DNA from: an uncultured Lachnospiraceae bacterium
Lineage (GTDB): Bacteria; Bacillota; Clostridia; Lachnospirales; Lachnospiraceae
DNA: 64,000 bases
Direction of reading: 5' to 3'
Assembly (NCBI GenBank): GCA_964538805.1
Contig: CAZIGN010000002.1
Coordinates: 18,245 to 82,244, forward strand
This document shows positions 40,078 to 49,535 of this stretch, piece after piece; position 1 is the stretch's first letter, and each line of letters opens with the position of its first letter. Below the pieces are notes generated by a model, which did not search any database, was not told where the DNA came from, and was given only the letters and a program-made list of their open reading frames with translations. The translations under genes and the position numbers were made by a program.

Positions 40078-40095
40078 ATACTAGGAGGAAGAACA

Positions 40096-42510
40096 ATGAT
40101 AAGTTATAATGCCCAGAAACTTGAAAAGAAATGGCAAAATAAATGGGATGAGGTAGAAGCTTTTAAAGTTGGTCTTGATAAAACCAAACCAAAGTTTTAT
40201 GCTTTGGTGGAATTTCCATATCCGTCAGGACAAGGTCTACACGTAGGTCATCCAAGGCCATATACAGCGCTTGATATAGTTGCTAGAAAAAGAAAAATGC
40301 AAGGTTATAATGTTTTATATCCAATGGGATGGGATGCTTTTGGTTTACCGACAGAAAACTATGCAATAAAAAACAAAATACATCCTAAAATTGTCACAAA
40401 AAATAATGTTGAAAATTTTAAAAAGCAACTTCAAAACCTTGGATATTCTTTTGATTGGAGTAGAGAAATTAACACAACAGATCCAAGATATTATAAATGG
40501 ACTCAGTGGATATTTTTGCAATTATTTAAAAAAGGCTTGGCATATAAAAGTGAAATGCCAATAAATTGGTGTACTTCTTGTAAAGTTGGCTTAGCTAATG
40601 AAGAAGTTGTAGGTGGTACTTGTGAACGTTGTGGATCAGAAGTAGTTAGAAAAGTAAAAAGCCAATGGATGTTAAAAATAACTGAGTATGCTGAAAAACT
40701 AATACAAGACTTGGATAAAGTTGATTATATCGACAGAGTAAAAACATCACAAATAAATTGGATAGGTAAATCTACTGGAGCTGAAGTGGATTTTAAAATT
40801 CAAAACAAAGATGAAGTGTTGAGAGTTTTTACAACTAGACCAGATACTTTATTTGGTGCTACTTATATGGTTGTTTCGCCAGAACACCCAATAATAGAAA
40901 AATATAAAGATCAAATATCAAACTACGATGAGCTTATAGAATATAGAGAAACTGCATCTAAAAAATCAGACTTTGAAAGAACTGAATTAGTTAAAGAAAA
41001 AACCGGTGTTGTAATTAATGGATTGACTGCAATTAATCCAGTAAATAACAAAGAAATTCCAATTTGGGTTTCTGATTATGTTTTGATGAGTTATGGTACA
41101 GGAGCTATTATGGCTGTGCCAGCACATGATGAAAGAGACTATGAATTTGCTAAAAAATTCAATTTATCTATAATAGAAGTAGTTGCAGGTGGAGACATAA
41201 CAAACGAAGCATTTACGAATACACAAACAGGAATTATGATTAATTCTGATTTTTTAAATGGCCTAGAAGTTTCAAAAGCCAAAGAAAAAATTACAGAGTT
41301 TTTGGTTTCTAATAACATAGGAAAAGAGAAAACAAACTATAAATTAAGAGACTGGGTATTTTCAAGACAAAGATACTGGGGAGAACCAATACCACTCGTT
41401 CACTGTGAAAAATGTGGTTTTGTTCCTTTAGAGGAATCAGACTTACCATTAATGTTGCCAGAAGTTGAAAGCTATATGCCTACAGATAATGGCGAATCAC
41501 CACTTGCGGCGATGAGTGAATGGGTTAATACAACTTGTCCGCACTGTCATGGTCCGGCAAAAAGAGAAACAGATACAATGCCACAATGGGCAGGCTCATC
41601 TTGGTATTATTTAAGATATATAGATCCAAACAATGAAAATGAGTTTGCTAGTAAAGAAGAATTAGATTACTGGCTACCTGTAGATTGGTATAATGGAGGA
41701 ATGGAGCATACTACACTTCATTTATTATATTCAAGATTCTGGCATAAAGTATTATTTGATTTAGGCTTTGTAAGCACTAGTGAACCATATCAAAAAAGAA
41801 CATCACATGGAATGATTCTTGGAGAAAATGGCGAAAAGATGTCAAAATCAAGAGGAAACGTAGTAAATCCTGATGATATTGTAAACGAATTTGGTGCAGA
41901 TACACTTAGAACATATGAAATGTTTATAGGAGCATTTGATCTTAGTGCTTCTTGGTCAAACGAAGGAGTAAAAGGATGTAGAAGATTCTTAGATAGAGTA
42001 TGGAAACTTCAAGAATTTTTAACTGAAGAAGAAACATATTCAAAAGAGTTAGAAATAAAAATGCATCAAACAATTAAAAAAGTTACAAATGACTATGAGT
42101 CTTTAAAATTCAATACAGCTATTGCGGCAATGATGGCTCTTATAAATGATATGTACAAATTGTCAAAAGTAACTAAAGGTGAATTTAAAACTCTTTTGCA
42201 ATTATTAAATCCTGTAGCACCACATATAACGGAAGAACTTTGGGAAAATTGTGGATACGTTGGTAATTTGTATAATGGTATTTGGCCAGAATATATAGAA
42301 GAAAAAACTATTGAAAGCAATATAGAAATTGCAGTTCAGTTTAACGGTAAACTAAGACTAACAGTAACAGTTTCTAAAGATGCAACACAAGAAGAGGTTA
42401 AGGAAATAGTATTTGCAACAGATTACATAAAAGAGAATTTAAAAGATAAAAAAATCATTAAAGAAATCTATGTAAAAGGAAGAATCTATAACATAGTAGT
42501 TGCTAATTAA
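40096..42510 (+). CDS. leuS: Leucine--tRNA ligase
   Basis: 804 aa with a HIGH-type motif (GLHVGHP), KMSKS and a CP1 editing domain. Confidence 0.97.
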   Translation: MISYNAQKLEKKWQNKWDEVEAFKVGLDKTKPKFYALVEFPYPSGQGLHVGHPRPYTALDIVARKRKMQGYNVLYPMGWDAFGLPTENYAIKNKIHPKIVTKNNVENFKKQLQNLGYSFDWSREINTTDPRYYKWTQWIFLQLFKKGLAYKSEMPINWCTSCKVGLANEEVVGGTCERCGSEVVRKVKSQWMLKITEYAEKLIQDLDKVDYIDRVKTSQINWIGKSTGAEVDFKIQNKDEVLRVFTTRPDTLFGATYMVVSPEHPIIEKYKDQISNYDELIEYRETASKKSDFERTELVKEKTGVVINGLTAINPVNNKEIPIWVSDYVLMSYGTGAIMAVPAHDERDYEFAKKFNLSIIEVVAGGDITNEAFTNTQTGIMINSDFLNGLEVSKAKEKITEFLVSNNIGKEKTNYKLRDWVFSRQRYWGEPIPLVHCEKCGFVPLEESDLPLMLPEVESYMPTDNGESPLAAMSEWVNTTCPHCHGPAKRETDTMPQWAGSSWYYLRYIDPNNENEFASKEELDYWLPVDWYNGGMEHTTLHLLYSRFWHKVLFDLGFVSTSEPYQKRTSHGMILGENGEKMSKSRGNVVNPDDIVNEFGADTLRTYEMFIGAFDLSASWSNEGVKGCRRFLDRVWKLQEFLTEEETYSKELEIKMHQTIKKVTNDYESLKFNTAIAAMMALINDMYKLSKVTKGEFKTLLQLLNPVAPHITEELWENCGYVGNLYNGIWPEYIEEKTIESNIEIAVQFNGKLRLTVTVSKDATQEEVKEIVFATDYIKENLKDKKIIKEIYVKGRIYNIVVAN

Positions 42511-42526
42511 ATAAAATAATTAAGAC

Positions 42527-42566
42527 AAAAGCGTCGCAAAAGAATTATTCTTGGCGGCGCTTTTTT
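42527..42566 (+). terminator. Rho-independent terminator after leuS
   Basis: AAAAGCGTCGC...GCGGCGCTTTTTT, a GC-rich stem with an inner AAGAAT/ATTCTT extension. Confidence 0.85.
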
Positions 42567-42714
42567 GTAAAAAATGTATAAAATAATCAATTTCAACCTT
42601 GAAGTTATAGTCAAATTATATTACAATTAGATTTGATATTGATTTTGGATTGTAATATTTTTAATAAAATATTTTTATAGATTCATGTACAAATGTACAG
42701 AAATGGAGGCACAA

Positions 42715-44124
42715 ATGAGTTACATGTCAACAAGTCTTGCTAAAAAAAGAATTGATGAACTTTTAGACAATAATAGCTTTGTAGAAATAGGTGAGCTTGT
42801 AACAGCAAGAAGTACAGATTTTAATCTAGGTAATGTTAATAATCCTAATGATGGAGTTATAACGGGTTATGGAATAATACAAGGAAACTTAGTCTATGTA
42901 TATAGTCAAGACGTGTCAGTTTTAAATGGTACAATTGGAGAGATGCATGGCAAAAAGATTAAAAACATTTATTCATTAGCTATGAAGATGGGTGCGCCTG
43001 TAATAGGACTTATAGATTGTGCAGGTATAAGACTGCAAGAAGCAACAGATGCTTTGTATGCCTTTGGTGAAATATATTCAAAACAAAGTTTAGCATCAGG
43101 AGTGATACCGCAAATTACAGCAATATTTGGTAATTGTGGTGGTGGTTTAGCAATTATGCCAACTTTATCAGATTTTTGTCTAATGGAAAACGAGAGTAAA
43201 TTATATGTTAATTCACCTAATACACTAGATAGTAACTCTTTGTCAAAATGTAATACAGCATCTGCTAGTTTTCAAGAAGAATATGTTGGAAATGTAGATT
43301 TTATAGGAAATACTAAAGAAGTTATTGATAAGATAAGAGAATTAATTACAATATTACCTTCTAATAATGAAGATGATGCTTCATATGATGAATGTAACGA
43401 TAGTTTGAATAGAAAAACTCAAGGTATAGAAACTCTTGTTACTGATATTACAAAGCTTATTAGTATGGTTTCAGATGACAATTATTTTTTAGAACTTAAA
43501 AAAGAATATAGTAAAGATATATGTGTTGGATTTTTAAGGCTAAATGGCATGACTGTTGGAACAGTTGCAAATAGAAAAGATACATTGTCGTATAAAGGAA
43601 GTTCAAAGGCAGCAGATTTTGTTAATTTTTGTGATAGCTTTAATATACCAATTGTAACATTCACTAATATAACAGGTTTTTTAGCTACTCTATCAGATGA
43701 AAAAAGAATAGCTAAAACAACCGCAAAGATGATATATGCTTTTTCAAATGCTACAGTACCTAAAGTAAATCTAGTATTAAAATATGCTTATGGAAGCGCT
43801 TCAATAGCTATGAACTCTAAATCAATAGGAGCAGATGTTGTTTATGCATGGGAAGGCGCATTGATAGGAATGATGGAACCTAAGCAAGCTGTAAAAATAA
43901 TTTATCAAGATGAAATAATCGATGAGAAAGATCAAGTTAATTTTATTAATGAAAAAGCAAAAGTGTATGAAGAATTGCAATCTAGTGCAATATCTGCAGC
44001 AAGAAGAGGATATATTGATTCTATTATTAAGCCAGAAGATACAAGAAAGTATTTAATAGCAGCTTTTGAGATGTTATTTACTAAAAAAGAAGACAGACCT
44101 GATAAAAAACATGGAACTATATAA
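42715..44124 (+). CDS. Acyl-CoA carboxyltransferase, 12S / MmdA-like (divergent, short)
   Basis: Carboxyl_trans-like fold: RIDELLDNNSFVEIGELV, DGVITGYGIIQG, YSQDVSVLNGTIGE, IDCAGIRLQEA and GNCGGGLAIMPTLSDF. Start placed at ATG 42715 behind GGAGG. At 469 aa it is shorter than the roughly 510 aa typical of MmdA. Confidence 0.7.
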   Translation: MSYMSTSLAKKRIDELLDNNSFVEIGELVTARSTDFNLGNVNNPNDGVITGYGIIQGNLVYVYSQDVSVLNGTIGEMHGKKIKNIYSLAMKMGAPVIGLIDCAGIRLQEATDALYAFGEIYSKQSLASGVIPQITAIFGNCGGGLAIMPTLSDFCLMENESKLYVNSPNTLDSNSLSKCNTASASFQEEYVGNVDFIGNTKEVIDKIRELITILPSNNEDDASYDECNDSLNRKTQGIETLVTDITKLISMVSDDNYFLELKKEYSKDICVGFLRLNGMTVGTVANRKDTLSYKGSSKAADFVNFCDSFNIPIVTFTNITGFLATLSDEKRIAKTTAKMIYAFSNATVPKVNLVLKYAYGSASIAMNSKSIGADVVYAWEGALIGMMEPKQAVKIIYQDEIIDEKDQVNFINEKAKVYEELQSSAISAARRGYIDSIIKPEDTRKYLIAAFEMLFTKKEDRPDKKHGTI

Positions 44125-44212
44125 AATTATAGTGGTTGGAAGAAATTAAAAAGAAAGGAAGATATGCAGGCCCTTTCTTTCAACTAAAAAGGGTGATATC
44201 AAAATTTTTAAT

Positions 44213-45022
44213 TTGATAAGCATAGGTATAAAAGTGAAAAAAAGAATTTTTTTAATAGTACAAACCTTGCTTTTGTGTTTTTTGATGATAACAAATGTTT
44301 ATGCTAATGATGATGACTTTTTTAAAGGCTATAAAAAAGAAGATATAAAAGAGCATATAATTGATTTTACAAAAACACTTTCTGAAAAAAAAGAGTATGA
44401 ATTAGAATATATGATAGATAATAAGGTTGGTAGCTTGCAAGAGATAATAGAAAGTTTTTATAACCTTAAAGATATAATAGGAGAATATAAAAATTTTTCA
44501 GAAATAGAATATAACATAGAAGGTGATTATGTTAATACAACAACAAAATTTCAGTTTGATAAATCTTTTGTCAAAGTTGATTTTAAATTTGCTGAGATAG
44601 AAGGAAATTTGATCATAATAGAAGGAAGCTACGAACTAGCTGATGGTAAAGATAAAACATTAGCAGTTAAAATGAAAGATGCAGCGCTTAATACATTCAT
44701 AGGAGTAAGTAGCGTGTTTATTGTATTAATTATAATAGCTTACTTAATATCATTATTTAAATATATACCAAGAATCACAAAATATTTCGAAGATAAAAAA
44801 ATTGCTAAAACTATTAAAATTGATGCTGACAAACTCTTATTGAATAAAACAGATGTAAGTGTGAATGATAATAGCATAGAATTAAATCAAAAAGATATTT
44901 ACAAAGAACTTGAGTTGATTGCAGTTATTACAGCGGCAATTAAAGAGTTTAGTGAAGTGACAGGAGAAACGGATGAATTTATAGTAAGATCAATAAGAAA
45001 AGTAAATCAAAAAGTCAGATGA
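44213..45022 (+). CDS. OadG/MmdD-like membrane anchor subunit with an extra N-terminal domain
   Basis: Signal-peptide-like KKRIFLIVQTLLLCFLMITNVYA, a domain of about 125 aa of unknown type, a TM helix FIGVSSVFIVLIIIAYLISLF, and a C-terminal ELELIAVITAAIKEF motif typical of OadG-like subunits. The start is uncertain (TTG 44213 or GTG 44234). Confidence 0.55.
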   Translation: MISIGIKVKKRIFLIVQTLLLCFLMITNVYANDDDFFKGYKKEDIKEHIIDFTKTLSEKKEYELEYMIDNKVGSLQEIIESFYNLKDIIGEYKNFSEIEYNIEGDYVNTTTKFQFDKSFVKVDFKFAEIEGNLIIIEGSYELADGKDKTLAVKMKDAALNTFIGVSSVFIVLIIIAYLISLFKYIPRITKYFEDKKIAKTIKIDADKLLLNKTDVSVNDNSIELNQKDIYKELELIAVITAAIKEFSEVTGETDEFIVRSIRKVNQKVR

Positions 45023-45125
45023 TTTATTTGAAATAAATAATAGCTTGATATATTGTAAGTTCTAAAGAAAAATCAATAATAATAAGAGAGGAAATTATGT
45101 TTGTATCTAAAGTCTTGATATAGGC

Positions 45126-45503
45126 ATGGGTAATAAAATGAAAAATTATAGAATAACAGTTAATGGAACAATGTATGATGTTTTAGTAGAAGAAGTTTCA
45201 AAAAGCAATGAAATGCCACAAACAGTTCCTTTGTTTAATGCTCCACCAGTTTTGAATGAAAATATTAATAGAATCAGTGAGGTTTCATCAAATATAACTA
45301 TTAGTGCTCCAATGCCAGGAAAGATTCTTTCTGTTAGAGTAAAAGAAGGACAAAAAGTTAAAAAAGGTGAAGTGGTATTAATGCTTGAAGCAATGAAAAT
45401 GGAAAATGAAGTAGTTGCACCAGAAGATGGAATTGTAGTTAGTGTACCTGTAAATGAAGGAATGGTTGTTGAAACAGGAGCTACATTAGTTAAATTGAAT
45501 TAA
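45126..45503 (+). CDS. Biotin carboxyl carrier subunit (1.3S / MmdC / OadD-like)
   Basis: About 121-125 aa with the biotinyl-lysine motif LEAMKMENEV. Alternative start at ATG 45138. Confidence 0.88.
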   Translation: MGNKMKNYRITVNGTMYDVLVEEVSKSNEMPQTVPLFNAPPVLNENINRISEVSSNITISAPMPGKILSVRVKEGQKVKKGEVVLMLEAMKMENEVVAPEDGIVVSVPVNEGMVVETGATLVKLN

Positions 45504-45531
45504 TATAACATATAAAAGAAAGAGGTTTAAG

Positions 45532-46683
45532 ATGGATTACATTTTAGATACATTAGGAAATCTCATACACCAAAGTGCGCCTTTTAGCCTTCAATTAGGC
45601 AATTATGTAATGATTGTAGTTGCGTGTGTTTTCCTTTATTTAGCAATTAGAAAAGAATACGAACCACTACTTTTAGTACCTATTGCGTTTGGTATGCTTC
45701 TTGTTAATATATTCCCTGCAATTATGATGAAACCTGAAGATTCCGCAACTGGTGTAGGTGGTTTGTTGCATTATTTTTATCTTTTAGATGAATGGAGTAT
45801 ATTGCCATCTTTAGTGTTTTTGGGTGTTGGTTCAATGACTGATTTTGGTCCACTTATTGCGAATCCAAAAAGTTTCTTATTAGGAGCAGCGGCTCAAATA
45901 GGAATATACAGTGCATACTTTTTAGCGATCTTTTTAGGATTTAATGATAAAGCAGCAGCAGCAATATCTATTATTGGTGGTGCAGACGGACCTACATCAA
46001 TATTTCTTGCTGGTAAATTAGGTCAGACCTCTCTCATGGGACCAATAGCGGTGGCGGCTTATTCTTACATGTCATTAGTTCCTATAATACAACCACCTAT
46101 AATGAAGCTATTAACAACAAAAAAAGAAAGAAGAATAAAGATGGAACAATTAAGACCTGTAAGCAAACTTGAAAAGATACTTTTTCCTATAGTTGTTACA
46201 ATTATTGTTGTCTCAATACTTCCATCAACAGCACCATTAGTTGGAATGCTAATGCTTGGTAACCTATTTAAAGAATGTGGAGTTACAAAGCAACTAGCAG
46301 AAACCGCATCAAATGCACTCATGTATATAGTTGTTATTTTGTTAGGTATAAGTGTTGGCGCAACAACGAGTGCAGAAGCTTTTCTAAATCTAAATACGCT
46401 TAAGATTGTAGTATTAGGATTAGTAGCGTTCGCTTTTGGAACTGCAGCTGGGGTTGTATTTGGAAAGATAATGTGTAAATTATCAGGTGGAAAAATCAAT
46501 CCACTTATAGGCTCGGCTGGAGTTTCTGCGGTGCCTATGGCAGCTAGAGTGTCTCAAAAAGTCGGTGCACAAGAAGACCCAACAAACTTTTTATTAATGC
46601 ATGCAATGGGACCAAACGTTGCTGGGGTAATAGGGACAGCAGTTGCAGCAGGTACATTTATGGCAATATTTGGAATATATTAA
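45532..46683 (+). CDS. Na+-transporting decarboxylase beta subunit (OadB/MmdB/GcdB family)
   Basis: 383-aa polytopic membrane protein with family-like segments GGADGPTSIF and GSAGVSAVPMAARV. Confidence 0.88.
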   Translation: MDYILDTLGNLIHQSAPFSLQLGNYVMIVVACVFLYLAIRKEYEPLLLVPIAFGMLLVNIFPAIMMKPEDSATGVGGLLHYFYLLDEWSILPSLVFLGVGSMTDFGPLIANPKSFLLGAAAQIGIYSAYFLAIFLGFNDKAAAAISIIGGADGPTSIFLAGKLGQTSLMGPIAVAAYSYMSLVPIIQPPIMKLLTTKKERRIKMEQLRPVSKLEKILFPIVVTIIVVSILPSTAPLVGMLMLGNLFKECGVTKQLAETASNALMYIVVILLGISVGATTSAEAFLNLNTLKIVVLGLVAFAFGTAAGVVFGKIMCKLSGGKINPLIGSAGVSAVPMAARVSQKVGAQEDPTNFLLMHAMGPNVAGVIGTAVAAGTFMAIFGIY

Positions 46684-46707
46684 AAAATATATGAATGGAG
46701 GATAGAT

Positions 46708-48114
46708 ATGATACAAAAAAAACCAATTAAAATAACTGAGACAGTTTTAAGAGATGCACATCAATCATTAATTGCCACAAGAATGAAAACTGAAGATATG
46801 TTACCTATAATTGAAAAAATGGATAGTGTTGGTTATCATTCGGTAGAGTGTTGGGGTGGCGCAACCTTTGACGCTTCTCTTAGATTTTTAAAAGAAGATC
46901 CTTGGGTAAGATTGAGAAAACTTAGAAATGCTTTTAAAAATACCAAATTACAAATGCTATTAAGAGGTCAAAATTTACTTGGTTACAAGCATTATGCTGA
47001 TGATGTTGTAGAGTATTTTATTCAAAAATCAATTTATAACGGAATAGATATAATTAGAATTTTTGATTGTCTAAATGACGTTAGAAATTTAGAATTTTCA
47101 GTTGCCACAACAAAAAAAACAAATGCTCATGCCCAAGTTGCGCTAGCTTATACTATTGGTGATGCATATACAATCGACTATTGGGTAAAAACAGCTAAAA
47201 GACTAGAAGAAATTGGAGCAGACTCTATTTGTATAAAAGATATGTCGGGTCTTTTGTTACCTTATAATGCAAGTGAATTAGTAAAAGCTTTAAAGGAAAA
47301 CGTAGGTCTTGACATTCAAGTTCACACGCATTACACTTCAGGAGTTGCCGCTATGTCTTATCTAAAAGCAGTAGAAGCAGGTTGCGATATCATAGATACT
47401 GCGATATCTCCTTTTTCAATGGGAACAAGTCAGCCAGCGACAGAAGTTATGGTTGAAACTTTTAAAAATACTGAGTATGATTCTGGTTATGATCAAACAC
47501 TACTAGCAGAGATTGCTGATTATTTTAGACCAATTAAAGACAATGCAATAGATGCAGGGATTTTAAATCAAAAAGTAATGGGCGTTGATATAAAGACATT
47601 ATTATATCAAGTTCCAGGTGGAATGCTATCGAATATGGTTTCACAATTAAAAGAACAAAAAGCCGAAGATAAATTTTACGATGTATTAAATGAAATACCT
47701 AGAGTAAGAAAAGCATTAGGTGAGCCACCGCTAGTTACTCCTTCATCACAAATTGTAGGGACACAAGCAGTTTTAAATGTATTAGCAAAAGAACCTTACA
47801 AAATGGTTACGAATGAGACAAAAGCTATGTTTAAAGGTGAATATGGACAAACGGTTATGCCAATGGATGAAACTATAAGAAGAAAAGTTATTGGAGATCA
47901 AGAAGTTATAACAATTAGACCAGCGGACTTAATACCACCTCAATTAGAAAGATTAGAAGAAGAGATGGCCGAATGGAAACAACAAGAAGAGGATGTATTA
48001 ACCTATGCGCTTTTTCCTAAAGTTGCAGTAGAGTATTTTAAATATAGAAATGCCCAGGAAAATAAAATCGATATTACTCTAGCAGACAATAAAACCAAAG
48101 CCTATCCAGTATAA
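46708..48114 (+). CDS. oadA: Oxaloacetate decarboxylase alpha / transcarboxylase 5S-type carboxyltransferase without biotinyl domain
   Basis: HMGL-like TIM-barrel N terminus ITETVLRDAHQSL, CIKDMSGLL and HTHYTSG. There is no AMKM motif. 468 aa. Confidence 0.85.
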   Translation: MIQKKPIKITETVLRDAHQSLIATRMKTEDMLPIIEKMDSVGYHSVECWGGATFDASLRFLKEDPWVRLRKLRNAFKNTKLQMLLRGQNLLGYKHYADDVVEYFIQKSIYNGIDIIRIFDCLNDVRNLEFSVATTKKTNAHAQVALAYTIGDAYTIDYWVKTAKRLEEIGADSICIKDMSGLLLPYNASELVKALKENVGLDIQVHTHYTSGVAAMSYLKAVEAGCDIIDTAISPFSMGTSQPATEVMVETFKNTEYDSGYDQTLLAEIADYFRPIKDNAIDAGILNQKVMGVDIKTLLYQVPGGMLSNMVSQLKEQKAEDKFYDVLNEIPRVRKALGEPPLVTPSSQIVGTQAVLNVLAKEPYKMVTNETKAMFKGEYGQTVMPMDETIRRKVIGDQEVITIRPADLIPPQLERLEEEMAEWKQQEEDVLTYALFPKVAVEYFKYRNAQENKIDITLADNKTKAYPV

Positions 48115-48139
48115 AATCAAAAAAATAGAAGAGTTAATA

Positions 48140-48175
48140 AAAGTGTTGCTTTTTAAAGCGATACTTTTATTTTTA
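48140..48175 (+). terminator. Probable rho-independent terminator after the decarboxylase locus
   Basis: AAAGTGTTGC-N8-GCGATACTTT (10 bp including 2 G-U pairs), followed by TATTTTT. Confidence 0.55.
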
Positions 48176-48272
48176 ATAATCTACACAAAAAAGATAAAAA
48201 ATGATATAATGAATTATTAATATCAAATTGCATCATTTAAAGTTGCAAATACCTAGAATGGATCAAATAATA

Positions 48273-49514
48273 ATGAAAAATGAAGTTATAGTAATAGGAG
48301 CTGGTCCTGCAGGCTTAATGGCTGCAATACAAGCCGCAAAAAACAGTGATAATAATGTAACAATAATAGAAAAGAATGAAAAAATAGGAAAAAAATTATT
48401 TATAACAGGAAAGGGCAGATGTAACATCACAAATGCCTCAGATTTAGATAATATCTTTTCAAACATAGTTACAAATAAGAAGTTTTTATACAGTGCATTT
48501 TACACTTTCACTAACGATCAAGTGATTGATTTTTTTGAAGAACTAGGTTTAAGAACAAAGGTTGAAAGAGGAAACAGAGTATTTCCTGTATCTGACAAAT
48601 CTTCAGATGTTATTTCTTTTTTATCTAATGAGTTAAAAAGACTTAGCATTAACTTGGTTTTGAAAACAAAGGTTGAAAGAATAAATATTTCTGACAAAGA
48701 AAAAAAAGTGCAAAGCGTAACATTAGATAATAAAAATACTATCAAAGCGGATAAAATTATAGTTGCAACGGGCGGAAATTCTTATCAAACTACTGGTTCT
48801 AATGGAGATGGTTACAAACTATTAAAAGATCTAGGACATACGATAAATGACATTTACCCTGCTCTAGTTCCTTTAGAAGTAAAAGAAGATAACATAAAAC
48901 AGTTACAAGGTTTGTCGCTTAAAAACATTGAAGCAAGTTTGATTATAGGGAAAAAAGTTGTATATAAAGAGTTTGGTGAGATGCTTTTTACTCATTTTGG
49001 TGTAAGTGGTCCAGCTTTATTAAGTGGTAGTAGTTATATAACAAAGGACTTAGCAAAAGGTAATTTGGTAAAATTATCAATCGACTTAAAACCTGCTCTT
49101 ACTGAAAAACAATTAGATGATAGAATTCTTAGAGATTTTTCAGAATTAACAAATAAAGATTATAAGAATTCTCTAGATAAACTTTTGCCCAAAAAACTAA
49201 TCCCTATAGTGATTGAAAGATCAGAGATCAATCCTAATAAAAAAGTAAATGAAATCACAAAAGAAGAAAGAAGACAATTAATAGAAACTATCAAAAATTT
49301 TTCTTTTACAATATCAAAAACCAGAGGTTTTAACGAAGCGATTATAACTAAAGGTGGGATAAATGTTAACGAAATAAATCCTGCAAATATGGAATCGAAG
49401 ATAGTTTCGGGACTGTTTGTTATAGGTGAATTGCTAGATATCGATGCTCTAACAGGAGGATATAATCTTCAAGTTGCTTGGTCGACAGGATATTTAGCAG
49501 GAATAAGCGTTTGA
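48273..49514 (+). CDS. HI0933/BaiN-like NAD(FAD)-utilising flavoprotein
   Basis: N-terminal VIVIGAGPAGLMAA, GKGRCNITN, and C-terminal ITKGGINVNEINP...GELLDIDALTGGYNLQ. Confidence 0.8.
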   Translation: MKNEVIVIGAGPAGLMAAIQAAKNSDNNVTIIEKNEKIGKKLFITGKGRCNITNASDLDNIFSNIVTNKKFLYSAFYTFTNDQVIDFFEELGLRTKVERGNRVFPVSDKSSDVISFLSNELKRLSINLVLKTKVERINISDKEKKVQSVTLDNKNTIKADKIIVATGGNSYQTTGSNGDGYKLLKDLGHTINDIYPALVPLEVKEDNIKQLQGLSLKNIEASLIIGKKVVYKEFGEMLFTHFGVSGPALLSGSSYITKDLAKGNLVKLSIDLKPALTEKQLDDRILRDFSELTNKDYKNSLDKLLPKKLIPIVIERSEINPNKKVNEITKEERRQLIETIKNFSFTISKTRGFNEAIITKGGINVNEINPANMESKIVSGLFVIGELLDIDALTGGYNLQVAWSTGYLAGISV

Positions 49515-49535
49515 TAAATTAGAATGGAGAAAAAT

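Noticed and set aside
44150-44187. Hairpin AAAGAAAGG-N13-CCTTTCTTT containing a 7-codon ORF (MQALSFN) between the carboxyltransferase and the OadG-like gene
   Set aside because: The SD-ATG spacing is very short, there is no U tail, and the element could simply be an intercistronic stem-loop. There is not enough evidence for a peptide or an attenuator.
46065-46499. 144-aa minus-strand ORF inside the decarboxylase beta-subunit gene
   Set aside because: It lies antisense to a conserved membrane-protein gene and is a shadow ORF.
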